Shown: in pieces, positions 12,674 through 24,445 of the stretch
Layout of the letters: each line of letters begins with the position of its first letter
Numbering within the stretch: position 1 is the first letter of the stretch
DNA from: Lingula anatina
Lineage: Eukaryota > Animalia > Brachiopoda
NCBI GenBank assembly: GCA_051362555.1
Contig: CM120643.1
Span: 2,604,001 to 2,668,000, forward strand
Reading direction: 5' to 3'
DNA: 64,000 bases
Notes under the pieces: model-generated
The model's database searches: none
Seen by the model: the letters and a program-made list of their open reading frames with translations, nothing else
What the model was told of the DNA's origin: nothing
Position numbers and translations under genes: made by a program

Positions 12674-12727
12674 CTAGAGTTCATAGGTTGCTTTCAGGCG
12701 GATGATCTGCAGAATCTCGTCGACCTC
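12674..12727 (-). CDS. Probable terminal coding exon of an unidentified minus-strand gene (EVDEILQIIRLKATYEL*)
   Basis: Acceptor TTTATCTTTTCAG, GC3-rich codons (GAG GTC GAC GAG ATT CTG CAG ATC ATC CGC CTG), TAG stop, and AATAAA (minus strand) at 12611-12616. Upstream exons not identified. Confidence 0.5.
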   Translation of the reverse strand, partial: EVDEILQIIRLKATYEL

Positions 12728-14199
12728 CTGAAAAGATAAAACATTTGTTTACAACTTTGAACTAAACAGACAGGCTCTGTACATTCTAATAATGCATGTA
12801 ATATCACAGGGCAGAGGGCACATATAAATGGAAAGCCGTGCACGTTTATTAACTAGTCTGATGTTCAGGTTCAGCTAGCGTAAAACCAAAATTATGACCT
12901 TGAATTAGTTAATGATATAACTATTTGAGGCTTCTTGTTAAACAAAATGCAAGTAACATTGATAGCACAACCCGTTTCATTTGCAGGGTGGGTGAGGTTA
13001 TTGCTACGACCGTTAATATATTCCTCTTGATATTAAAAGTTATAACACGTGTTGTAATACATGTTAAAGCATTTCAGAGAAAGAGATCATTTACAAATTC
13101 TCTTCAAAAATTGTGACAAATATATTGCACATATGTGATAAGTTTACAGAGAACCGTGTAATGGATGGACAACACACGGCACAATGGAGACGACAGGCTG
13201 TGTAAAATATGTATCTGTCAATCATAGTGCAATGAGCACTCGAAATCCTTGGATCAGAAGATCAGAACTGTGACAAGCATCATCCAATTAATAAATTTGG
13301 GTGGTAATACTTACATTTAAACACACGACATTTTAAATTAGGTCAAAATATTCCAAATTAATTGTCAAGGCCGGGGCACACAAATTTTTCAAACAGAGGG
13401 TTACAAAGTGCAGAGGATTTCAAGCAAACTTAGGTTATCATCAAAAGTCAGATCACTGCACCGTTTATTCTGAACATTTGGAGTCCCAGTGCACTGTAAG
13501 CAATAATTTCTACCAATCTTAGTGACATACAAGTAACAATAGAAATATAGTATAAGAATTCATGTCATAAATATTTGCCGTAACTATTTTTCTCATTGTT
13601 TTGCGCCTGAAGTATTTAATGGCTCTGGTTGATGAAGAAATAGTGATACTCACAAATATACATTTGCTTCCACGCCTTATAAAAGCTCGACCTTCTGACT
13701 GCACCACACATACTGTTGCGTCTACACCCAACTCTGTCTAACTGCCAAGTGAGCATTCAGGAAGACAGCTCGCACTACGATGAACAACTTGTTGTTATGC
13801 AAATACTAACAGGTATAGCTCATTTCAGGTGAGAGGTTGTTACTGAAACTGTTCACGAATGTTCAATAAACCCGGTGGTGATACCTTCATATGCTCAAAG
13901 TCGTGCAAATATTCGATGTCACATGCGATACTCTTCAAGTCCAAAAGTGTCTAACTGGGCCTACATGTAGCCCAGGTGTAACAGGAATGGTAGTCTGCTA
14001 GGAACCGTAGTCCGCTTCCCATTACGTTGCACAGGTGTCATTCGTCCATATACTAACCCCAATAATCCAACTAACCCTAACCTGTACTTATCATATGAGA
14101 GCCCGGACTTCCATTCCTAGGACTTCTATTCCAGTTAGTCCCTACACCTGTTTCCCCTATGTGAAAATTATTCTGAAAAATCAGCATTGAGTGTCTTTC

Positions 14200-14239
<40 letters not shown>

Positions 14240-14494
14240 TGCTGTTTACATTGTTGTTGTCGGTCGCTGCAACAATGATAGAGCGTGCGGCGTAATACAT
14301 GCGCGCTCGTACGTTTTTACAATGCACATTCCTCTTTGTTACATTGTTAACAAAATTAGGTGTTGTATTGGCTCACCAGAAGTTGGAGGCAGCTAACAGT
14401 TATTAAAAACAAAGGCAACGTATTTATCGATGGATATCAAACTTGGTATGACAATGTAACAAATTAAAGAGGAATGTGCAACGTAAAAAAAACA

Positions 14495-14705
14495 TACGGA
14501 CAACAAACAACGTACGCAGCAACAATAATCTACGCGCAATTTGGTAACGTATGTATCGATACATAAGTTACCGATACATGTTGATTCACCGTATAGATCT
14601 TAAGGAAAATAGATTATCAATATATATACTTCTATACGTTACCGATAAATACGTTACCAAATTGCATGTAGATTGTTGTTGTTGTTTACGTTGTTTTTTG
14701 TCCGT
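14495..14705. mobile_element. Palindromic MITE-like foldback
   Basis: ACGGACAA..AACAACGT...GCAATTTGGTAACGTAT is mirrored by ATACGTTACCAAATTGC...ACGTTGTT..TTGTCCGT. Confidence 0.6.
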
Positions 14706-15784
14706 CGGCGCAACTAGGGCCTATGTGAGTGCGTGAGACGTCATACTGAGTACATGCACGCATGTTTGTTTCTACAATGCAAGTTACACTTTGTAATTCT
14801 TTCATAAATTCATATTTGTGCTGAGGCTGAGAATAATTCACGGGTAAAATTGTAGAACGAATGAGGTTTTGTAAAGATGTCACTTCTGTTTTGCTCAATA
14901 ATAATAATAATAATAAGAAGAAGAAGAAGAAGAAGAATACAGTTGTGTTTCAGATTCAGACTGTTTTTAGCATTCGCCCTCACAGACAAAGTGAAGGTAA
15001 AACATGAAGAAAGACAACTGTTGTATAAATATGGAAATAAATGACACAATAACATAGATCTAAAAAGGGTGACTCGGTAAACATTAATACTAATAAATAC
15101 TAACTTCAGTAATAATACTTTATACCCGTAAAACAAAGGCTGGTATAAATTTAGGTCCTCGTTCCTTTGCTGTCCTTTTGGAGTGCAAAATAAACGTTTT
15201 TACTTTTGTTCCAAAACTGCAGTCGTTAACGTTAGTCCTGTAGTCTTTGTGTATATTGTGCAACAGTTGACAATCATCACAGTAAGTAAAATTCTGTTTT
15301 CGTAAGAAATTTTAATTTAATAGAATTTTAAAATATAGGATTTTTAAAACATTTTTCGTGTATTCAGATTTGTGCTCAGACTGGGAATAACCTACGGGTG
15401 GACGATGTCACTTCTGTTTTTCATTTAAGAAAAAAATAATAATGATTATAAAGTTTAATTGACATCTGTGTTCTCTGGAGTCCAAGTTTATAAATTGTGT
15501 GCCAACAGTCGGAATACTGATATTGAAATATATCAACTCAAATATTTTGTTCACTGCTTATTCACTGCTTATTCAAGCTGAAAAAATACAAGTTAATGTA
15601 GGCGTAATGACCAATCCACTATCACCTTGACTACATTTGTTACATATATATAGTCTCACTTCTTCCTGTTTATTTTGTAATATCTGTTGCGGGAGTAAGT
15701 CTAGATAACATGTACAGATAAATTAATCTACTTCATTGGGTCATTGGCACTCGGACCACAAATTACGCTGGTTATGTCATCGCC

Positions 15785-15857
15785 GGTTCAATAGTGTAGT
15801 GGCTATCACGCTCGCCTCACACGCGAGAGGTCCTGGGTTCGAACCCCAGTTGAACCA
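15785..15857 (+). tRNA. tRNA-Val(CAC)
   Basis: 73-nt cloverleaf: acceptor GGTTCAA/TTGAACC+A, anticodon arm CTCGC-CTCACAC-GCGAG, T-loop GGTTCGAAC, and an oligo-T terminator at 15861. Confidence 0.95.
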
Positions 15858-16225
15858 CAGTTTTTTTTTATGAAGTTTTCTCTAATTTTACAAGCAAGCA
15901 TTAATGTTTCCTAATAGGCTGTATAGTAGAGAGAAAGTGCTCGTCGAAAGTTAACCAAATCGGGTAATGTATTTTTTTTATCTAGCCCTGCACCTGTGTT
16001 AAATATTCAGCTGTTCATGATATATTTAGATAATATCTATTTGTTCAGTCAAAAAGTGGCAGCCCAAGTTAGTTCGATGGTCTCTGGAAATGGTCTCAAA
16101 GTGTACTGTATGCTAAAGAGACAAAATTCCAGGAATTGTCAAAGAACTCGCCGTACTTTGTTCTTCAGAGCCCCCCCCTTTTTTTGTTTCACTACGGATG
16201 GTTTAATGATGAAGATGAAAACTTA

Positions 16226-16454
16226 GACCCCATTCCCATAGATTTTAGATCGATCTATCCCTGTCTCACTGGGGAGTCTCACTAGACTGTCAGCTTAGTC
16301 GGCTTAAGCGTCTTCCCCGCCTACTAAAAGCTGTAAGGGGGTAATTAACTATGGTGCGCGCTCGGCTGACTGCAATTTAGCGTGAACCCCCAGGGAGTTA
16401 GGTCGATCTAAATCTAAATCTCTGGATCGATCTTAATCTCTGGGAATGCACCCT
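16226..16454. mobile_element. MITE family with ATTCCCA..GATTTTAGATCGATC termini
   Basis: Inverted ends CATTCCCATAGATTTTAGATCGATC / GATCGATCTTAATCTCTGGGAATG. Similar copies at ~55123-55370, ~62563-62778 and a fragment at ~54405-54462. Confidence 0.75.
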
Positions 16455-17033
16455 GAATTTATTTTTGCTTAGTAAATCTGTACCTACCCAACTACCATAT
16501 AAGTATTTTCACTGATGCATCTCTGAAGATCTAATTTACAGTTGTCAAATCACTTTAAAGCAGATCTTCAGAGATGCATCAGTAATAATACTTATATTTT
16601 CATTTACAGATCTATACGGTGAATTAACATGAATACCCAACTACCAGACTCGGCACCGAATGATCCTGAATTCACCGGTAGATCGGACCACACTATCCGT
16701 TTTCAAGGTGTGCAGCAGAACGCATTTCACAGTTTCATACCCCGGAACAAATTTTGTGAAGAGATGCACTACTTTCCAACCCCGCTCAGAATAATCGCTA
16801 TCACATCGCGTACAAGGCAAGAGCGGTGTCGCGTCTGATACTTCGAAGCGCGTACTGACGCGAATTGATGATGCGTTAAAAACGTCAGTAATGAGCTTTG
16901 TTTAAATCATATTTTTTAATATCTAATGCTGAATATTAGAAAAACAGTGTGAAAGAGAACGAAAACACACGAAACACAGAAAGTCCTTTTTAAATACTTA
17001 AAAAACTTGTTCTCTTGGTGAATATTTATTGAT

Positions 17034-17038
<5 letters not shown>

Positions 17039-17077
<39 letters not shown>

Positions 17078-18871
17078 TCACGAAAATTAATACATGTACA
17101 ACACAATAAGAGACAAATACACCATCCACACACCATTCACACACTACAAACGAAGTTCTTACAAATGTTGATTAAAAATACATGTAGAATTTTTAAATAA
17201 AAGAATCTTATTAGGCCTAGTCTACAACAAATGTTCTTTTTTATTCATATCAATATTTTTTCTATACTGTCCCATTTTTTCCTTAGATTATCTGCCTTTT
17301 GAGGACCCAGTAGGTATAAAGATTGAAAATCTATTATCTTTTGCTTTTCCAAATACTTTTTGCAGGCATTCCAAAGAGGTGTAATTTTATTCTGTCTACA
17401 TAAAGTGAAATATTTCTTTATATAGAGAAGTAGTAAATTAATACCTAAGAGAGGGCTGTCGTCCAGGATTCCAAATATAAACAAGCACGGTTGTTGTTTT
17501 AATTCAACAGAGTACTGTGTACGTAGGTTCTGAATGAGACAAGTCCAAATAGCTTGAACATATGTACAGTCCCAGAAAATATGCAATAAAGTTTCTTTTG
17601 GGTCATTACAGAAAGTGCATCGCTCATGTTCTAACATATTGTATTTAAAAAGCATCGAGTTCGTAAAATAAATTCTATGTAAAATTCTAAATTGCAATGT
17701 GAGAAGTTTATGATCATTGGTTTCTCGAAAGGGCAATGCATGAACTAGCTTCCACTTTTCACTTGGTAAATCAATGTTCAGCTTTTCCATCCACTTATTA
17801 TGGATGTTAAGAGGTATTGCTTCCTTATCCGAAATAAATTTCGGGTAAAAGAGTTTCGTTAATTTGTTTTTCGATTTTAATAATACGAGATTTTTATTTG
17901 TTATTGCTGCAAGATTCTTTTGACACCCTCTTATAACAGTTTTCCAGGCAGAAGGTAAAGCGCTGATGACGGCTTGATAGTCAAGGAAATTACAATCTAT
18001 ATTATATTCATCACAAAAAACGTCTAGACTTTTTACTGAACCAGTATTATCAATCAGGTTATTAACGTAAAGCACTCCTTTTCGAAACCAAGGTTTATAG
18101 AAGATTATCTTTTTATTGATCTTAATATGATCATTTCCCCATAAAGGTTGTGCTAAGATATCATCCGGAGAAGTAGTAGAAAATTCTTGCACAGAAGCCC
18201 ATATTCCCAAAATCTCTTTCCAGAAAGTATTTAGTATATTAATATTGCGTATAGACTGTAGGCCCTTCAAGGGAAGTAGCAATACGTCAATTCCCCCGAT
18301 TTCCGCAATCTCATCCATCAAAAGAGTTTTCCACGAAGAACAATAATGTGGATTTACCAATTTCTTTAGCCATATCAATTTAAGAGCTTTACAGAAGGAT
18401 TTCACCTCGGGGACCTTTAATCCACCGTTTTCATAAGAATTAATCATAACATTTCTCTTAACTTTATCTATTTTACTGTTCCAAATAAAGCGATAAAAAA
18501 CTCGCTCCAATTCTTTAAAAAAAAGATCAGCAGGCATAGGAAGGACAGTTAATATTTGGATGATGGTAGGGAGTGCCAAGGATTTTAAAATAGTTACTTT
18601 ACCTAGGAGTGAAATATGACGGAACGACCAATCATTTAACAACGATTTGATGGAATGTAATTTTTCTTTAAAATTTTCTTCATAAATGTCATCCTTTGCT
18701 AGGTTATACCAAATACCCAGTAGTTTAAATTTCCCACTATGATTCCAAAATATACTTTTAGAGGTTTGATACTCCTCACCACAGCAGCGCTTTGCTCCAA
18801 TCCAAACAGCCTGGCTTTTTTCAAAGTTTATTTTCAATCCTGAACATTGAGAGAACAATTCTAGCATATCC
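17039..18871 (-). mobile_element. 5'-truncated L1/Tx1-clade LINE with poly(A) tail and TSD
   Basis: Poly(T) on the + strand from ~17037 to ~17075 (poly(A) tail) and TSD TATTTATTGATAACTT at 17023-17038 and 18872-18887. Contains an uninterrupted ORF2 C-terminal half. Confidence 0.92.
17245..18867 (-). CDS. L1/Tx1 ORF2 C-terminal fragment (end of RT/thumb plus CCHC zinc finger), 540 aa
   Basis: SGLKINFEKS..., KLLGI, SLLGKVTILKSLALP, RFIWN...GGL, and zf-RVT-like CTFCNDPKETLLHIFWDC. The YADD core is absent because of the 5' truncation. Confidence 0.85.
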   Translation of the reverse strand: MLELFSQCSGLKINFEKSQAVWIGAKRCCGEEYQTSKSIFWNHSGKFKLLGIWYNLAKDDIYEENFKEKLHSIKSLLNDWSFRHISLLGKVTILKSLALPTIIQILTVLPMPADLFFKELERVFYRFIWNSKIDKVKRNVMINSYENGGLKVPEVKSFCKALKLIWLKKLVNPHYCSSWKTLLMDEIAEIGGIDVLLLPLKGLQSIRNINILNTFWKEILGIWASVQEFSTTSPDDILAQPLWGNDHIKINKKIIFYKPWFRKGVLYVNNLIDNTGSVKSLDVFCDEYNIDCNFLDYQAVISALPSAWKTVIRGCQKNLAAITNKNLVLLKSKNKLTKLFYPKFISDKEAIPLNIHNKWMEKLNIDLPSEKWKLVHALPFRETNDHKLLTLQFRILHRIYFTNSMLFKYNMLEHERCTFCNDPKETLLHIFWDCTYVQAIWTCLIQNLRTQYSVELKQQPCLFIFGILDDSPLLGINLLLLYIKKYFTLCRQNKITPLWNACKKYLEKQKIIDFQSLYLLGPQKADNLRKKWDSIEKILI

Positions 18872-19153
18872 TATTTATTGATAACTTCTTTCGGTAAATG
18901 AAAATGATAATCTGTATATATACATATATCAATTGCAATCAACCATCATAAATTTCAACCCAACTTAATAGACCCGGTGGAAACCACCTTAGACAGGCGA
19001 ATCTGCCAAACAAGAGTGAAACTCTATACGCCAGAAATGTCGTCTTTGGTACCAATACAATAGAAACACGCAACATGTGGTGAATACACGCTGTCGTCAA
19101 AGAGCTGTACATTCAACCGAATTAAAGAGAAAACCACAAGTAAATTATCTGTG

Positions 19154-19206
<53 letters not shown>
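19154..19206 (+). repeat. 53-nt poly(A) tract
   Basis: Uninterrupted A run downstream of TMEM53; no TSD found. Confidence 0.9.
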
Positions 19207-19207
<1 letters not shown>

Positions 19208-19568
19208 AGCCTGTCCTATATGATTCACCGTGGCACCACAACTGCAGCCGCCAGTTTGCCATTATTTTTTATCCCACTCTTCTTCAAATCCCGCGAGAAT
19301 TCGCGCGAGTCTGTGAGCTACCTCATATGATACAGAATTCACTTTTCATCGGCAACTGGTCCTATCCAAATCAATTGCATACCGGAGGGCTTTCAGTGTC
19401 GTATTACATCTATGCTATAAAGCCATGTAATCTGTAATGGACCATAAAGCTTAACCAAATTGTTTCTTTTTTCGCCGTCCTTAATAATATATAATTATCA
19501 GTCTTTTTCGTGCTTCTGGTTTTTCCTAAGTTTTAAATGGGCTAAAATGTTTCTTTTTTATTTGAGGT

Positions 19569-20615
19569 CTATTTGGTATATCTGAGCATATTGAGTCTTG
19601 CCCCCATTATCTGTGAGATAAAACCGTAGCACTGCGCTGCATACGCCTCCCGATGTTTCTCCATGTGCTCTAAGTGGGCGGAGTCATCCCAGACGACGGA
19701 AGTGACGTCAACCCCGCGGTTTTTCCGTTGCTCTACCATGTACTTCACGCTTTTCGGTGTTGCAATGGCGTCGGCCGTGGAACCGAGGAAGAGCTCTGGA
19801 CACCGAGATTTGTCTGCTCTAATTATGTCCCAAGTGGTAAACACGGCGCATCCTGGAAAGAAGAACATCCTTTTGATGATGTGCCAGACGTAGTGAAACA
19901 GAACATAGAGTCCGAGGAACAGACCGCAAATAGGCTTCAGGACTGCCGACACCCGGAGGGAGTTCATGTAACTCCTGATGACGCCGAAAAAGCCGGTCTG
20001 CACGGGCGCGCTGTCAAAAATGACACCGGCAACCTGAAGGGTGCGGCCTTTCCCATCTGGGACGCTCTCCTCCGCTTGCATCGCCTCCAAGAAGTGGCGG
20101 TACATGGCCTGACCGCCGGCACCGAAGATGTGAATGAAAATGGGATGTTTTTCCAGTTCATGGTCCGCGATCACATCGTATATCTTCGCCGCCGTCCGCC
20201 GAAGACGCCGCTGTCCGAAAAACATGTCGGGGAAGAAAGGGATGCTGTAGCTGATACATATGTAGCTGCAAACGTTAAAGAATGCGCATTTAAAGACGTT
20301 TTAATAAATGCTTATGCGTCATAGATATACGACGAGTAATGGCAGTTGAAATTAAATATGCAATTTCAATTATTTCCGTTTTAATTATCATAATTGCTAT
20401 TTCTCATAATTTCTCACAATACTGGACATTGGCTGAGAAAATACAGCACGCAATTACCCGCTTTGTTCATAGATGGCGCTGTATTCGGCCAACTCGCCGT
20501 CCGTAGACTGAGCCCAGCCCAGCAATATCACCACAGGCTCTCTCGTCTCGCTCGGCTTTCGGGCCTTTTCGTCTCTCCACGGAAACGTGATGCAGTATTC
20601 GAGTTCACTCGGCAT
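19569..20615 (-). CDS. TMEM53: Transmembrane protein 53-like (DUF829 alpha/beta-hydrolase fold), 2 coding exons, 284 aa
   Basis: Exons 20615-20458 (MPSELEYCITFP...EPVVILLGWAQSTDGELAEYSAIYEQSG) and 20265-19569 (...PIFIHIFGAGG...GVIFDSAP...CPELFLGSTADAI...WDDSAHLEH), joined by a phase-2 GT-AG intron. Matches recalled TMEM53 motifs PVVILLGW, YSAIY, IFDSAPG and SxHVxH. Confidence 0.92.
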
Positions 20616-22434
20616 TGGTCCTGAATATATAGAGAATATATGGCCTTGAGAAAGTTTATATATTCGGTGAACTTCGGGTGATTTCGTGCATTGCCGTTAT
20701 CAGCTGAAGTGCTTCAAATAAAGCTTTTTTTTTAGTTCTATAAAAAGTAAAATTTTGAAACGAAATCAAACGATTCTTGCAATTGAAAAAGAAAAAAAAT
20801 TCACAATTTAAGGCCGACTGTTCTGAATTTGAATGTGATTTGAGTCTCTTATGCATCTATATAAAGCAATATCGACCAAATAAGTTAGGTATATATCTAT
20901 ATTTACTTATCCAATACCATTCTTTTTTTTCATACAGAATTGAAGAAAATATAAAAGATGCAGACGTTTACAACGTAGGAGCCATTATTTATGTTCAAAA
21001 ATGCCACATTTGTCATAAAATGATTTACATTGCAAATGTGGGCTAAGATCCATTAAATGTTAATGCAAGTTTCGACAGGCGTAGTTATTCTTGGATAAAT
21101 GTGCATTTAATATCCTAGCCATCCTGGTGAATTCATTGGGAGGGCATAATTTCCAACTAACTTCTGTACATGTATATTTACACCCGAATTCTAACACTTT
21201 ATATGACAATAGACAAACAGCGGTCTATTTCTTCATAAAAACGACGACTGAACATAGAACAAGTAATGCTTTAAATGATAACTATTATGATGGACGTACT
21301 TGAATTCTGAAACCCTCATAGAACCCCCCTCCCCTCCGTTCACATGCAGTTGACACGTGCATAATTTTGCCGGTTTCACTCTGCTGATTGCAATCAAGCC
21401 GGTGTCTGCCCAGCAGGAAGCACATATTTTTGTCAGCAATACCTCTCCACTGTTCAGCCAAAGCCTGGAGGGGATTCTGCTGAGCACATACCGTGCCGAT
21501 TACAAACAAGACCAATAGGGCAGAAGCAGATAGGCCTATGGACAATCAGAGGACAATATTGAACGCTAAATGACAGGTTTAATCTTTAAAAACGCTTATT
21601 TAAACAAAATAATTGTTAATAGAGCAGAAAATCTATTTTAATTTACAGTTCGAATAATCAGAATCATCACGTCACCAAGTTCTGTATGCATTGTATGCAC
21701 CTCAAAGTACAGCTTCCTGTACATAATATGACTCTACCACTGTAATTTGATTCATTCGCTTGTTGCTATGTTAGACAGTTTTTAGCCTGGGGAGTCAACC
21801 TCCAATAGCATTATGATGTTTCTAAATAATGTATCTAAAAAAACGGTGCTGATACGAAACCATACGTTTTATATAACCTGGTACATACATATATAGGGTC
21901 AGCGAAGTTGATAATATAACTGGGAAAATAACTTATCAACACGAAGGATGATCAATTTGCATGAAATATAATGAAAATAAGGCTGCTTTCACATCAGCAG
22001 ACTAACAGATCAGCGGCTCAAATATGGCGACACAATTAATACCTTGCCGCGTAAATCCTTAATAGACACTGAATAGATTCCCTGGGGGATTACGCAACAA
22101 GCATTCAAGTGGGTCAGCCATATTTGAAGTGGGGCGGCCATATTTAGTCGGCGTATCAGTTAGTACTCGGATCATTTATTCTGAATGGCCCCTTACATTG
22201 GCTTCAGGACTACATGTCGCTATGTCTCGGTTTTCTATTCTCTTTCTTTCAGGATATTCAGCACGCAAACAGCATAGCGTAACAACCCGAGAACAAATGT
22301 TTGGCTGAACGTTTATAGATCGCGAGCAAATTGTTATCAAAGCATCTCACTTTTATTATTAGAACTGGTTTTAGCAAGGTGTCGGTGAAGGTGTGGCCGC
22401 TTTCAGGTGCAACGATGTGTATAGGCCTATACCT

Positions 22435-22471
<37 letters not shown>

Positions 22472-24129
22472 ATAGAACGATGTACAGTCAGCATTGGTTG
22501 TCATCCGCGTAATTCGCGTTTCGGTTATTCTGTTCATCATTTCAATTAATACAAATTATCTGACCTCTGTCTGTCTGTTTGTCTGTCTGTCTGTCCATCC
22601 GTCCGTATGATCGACCGAAAACCCGTCCCGTCAGTTTTCTCTTACGCCTGTCTGTCTGGGGGTGGCCTTTGCCATAATACAATGGGCATCATTGGTTAAA
22701 TTCATATGCGAAAGGCACACCTTTTTAACTTGATAAACTCCCTTAACTCACACCACAAACAATCTCACCGGTCCTCTCCTTGCAGGCGGTGAGTTGGATA
22801 ATACTGTAATAACATTTAGTCGAAGACAACAGAGAGTTGTGAAATGCGGCGTTCGCATTCATTCTGCAATTGGGTGCCAAACCTGATTTTTAGCTTATTT
22901 ATTTATTTATTTATTTATTTGTTCATTTATCTACCTATTTATTTGTTTATTTATTGATTTATTTATGTGAGGGCACTTAAGTTCACATATTCATGCATGT
23001 ATTACATTATTCAAACAGTGCATTTTACAGACGAGCTTAATACACTAACAAATATCCTAAGGGTCACAAGCACCCCCACCCCCCCTCTCCCCCCCCCCTC
23101 CCTCCCACCACTCCTGTATAGTACATGTCGGGAGCTCGAGGAGAGTGAACAAAACACCACCGTACCAAAGAAAAGACATACGGGCAATAATATACACATT
23201 AATGTCTGTTTGTAAAGCAATTCTTCGTTGATTGCTCAGCGGAAAAGAGTTCAATGCTGATACCCTGGTATATTTTTCTGAACATTTTATACATGTAGAA
23301 CGTACCCTATAATTATGTGCTAAGTTTGTTTTCCTGCACATTAACCGCGTATGATTTTAGCAGCGACTCTATACAACCATACCCAAGTTGAACTCAGCCT
23401 ACGCTCAACATGGTATTTGACACGGAACGCCCAGACTTGCGTTATTGTGTACCACGAGTTAAGTGGAACAGAACGCTCATAAAATAAAAATGCTGATACA
23501 TACTTGAAAGCACGCTTAGACCGCAATTTTGCCATTAACCCAACCTATAGAGCAGTTATTCATATTAACATCAAAACCATAATATATCTAGGTTCGAGAA
23601 AAACATCGTCGTCAAACGTGGTGTCTGCTCGAGACTCCCGCAGCGCCGGGTCTACTTAAATACCTGCCAAAAATACAACACATATGTAGTGATGTAATCT
23701 CCCTGCGCTTTGTGCTGTCTTGCACGATTGAGTTGGGTTGCCTGGTGATTCCCGTCTAATTCTCGTCTATTTTCTGAACCTAATCCTTAATGAATTATAG
23801 CTATTATGACTCTTGCACTAACCTTTAAATTTGTTCTCAAGTTACAGGTAGAAATATGGTTAAACCCAGTTGTTGATCTTTCTCTCTCTCTCTTTAACGA
23901 ATTCCACCAAAATATTTTCTTCGGTCTGCTTGTTGGTGAAGGGTAACCGCGGCGATCGCTTAGCTCAGTTTACATACGCGCACGCCGGGCTTCCGTGCAA
24001 AACACTGTGGAAAAATTGAGGGCACCTGTTTGGTGCTTTTTTCCCGTAATGTTGTGAAGGTCATGTGGTTAGAGAGGGCTCACAAGGGGGTGCCTGTGCG
24101 AGGCCACAGGAGAACGGTGTCGTCGTTAA

Positions 24130-24445
24130 AGGGATAATAACTCTTCGGTTTGTCCAAAAAATGAATTTTCCTGGAGTAAACAACAATTTTCCCATACTTA
24201 CCAATGGTTAATGAATCCATTTTTTAAATTCAAAGTTAGTCCCTGTTTTTTTTTTTTGTAAAAAGTTTTTTTTGTTAAAATCAATGAATTAATGGAGGTC
24301 ACGTGGTCTGAAGACAAGCTCAGACATCAGAATAATAGCTATAACTGCTGTTTTTGTCGTAAAACAGAATATATTATATTTCTATGAGTTTTTCACAATG
24401 TTTTTATTGTGAAATATAGACTTCATACGAAGAGTTATTATCCCT
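24130..24445. mobile_element. Kolobok-type MITE
   Basis: 18-bp perfect TIR AGGGATAATAACTCTTCG / CGAAGAGTTATTATCCCT flanked by TTAA (24126-24129, 24446-24449). Purine termini plus TTAA fit Kolobok rather than piggyBac. Confidence 0.8.

Noticed and set aside
13678-13815. TATAAAA followed by a short ATG ORF on the + strand
   Set aside because: The ORF is only 9 codons and there is no other gene evidence.
19154-19206. Poly(A) as the tail of a plus-strand retrocopy
   Set aside because: No TSD, poly(A) signal or recognisable body upstream.
19663-20324. 216-aa and 76-aa plus-strand ORFs
   Set aside because: Antisense shadows of the GC-rich TMEM53 exon.
21285-21545. ORF with a signal-peptide-like start (LLVLFVIGTVCAQQ)
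   Set aside because: No ATG start, no phase-compatible upstream exon and no recognisable family; could be UTR or repeat sequence.
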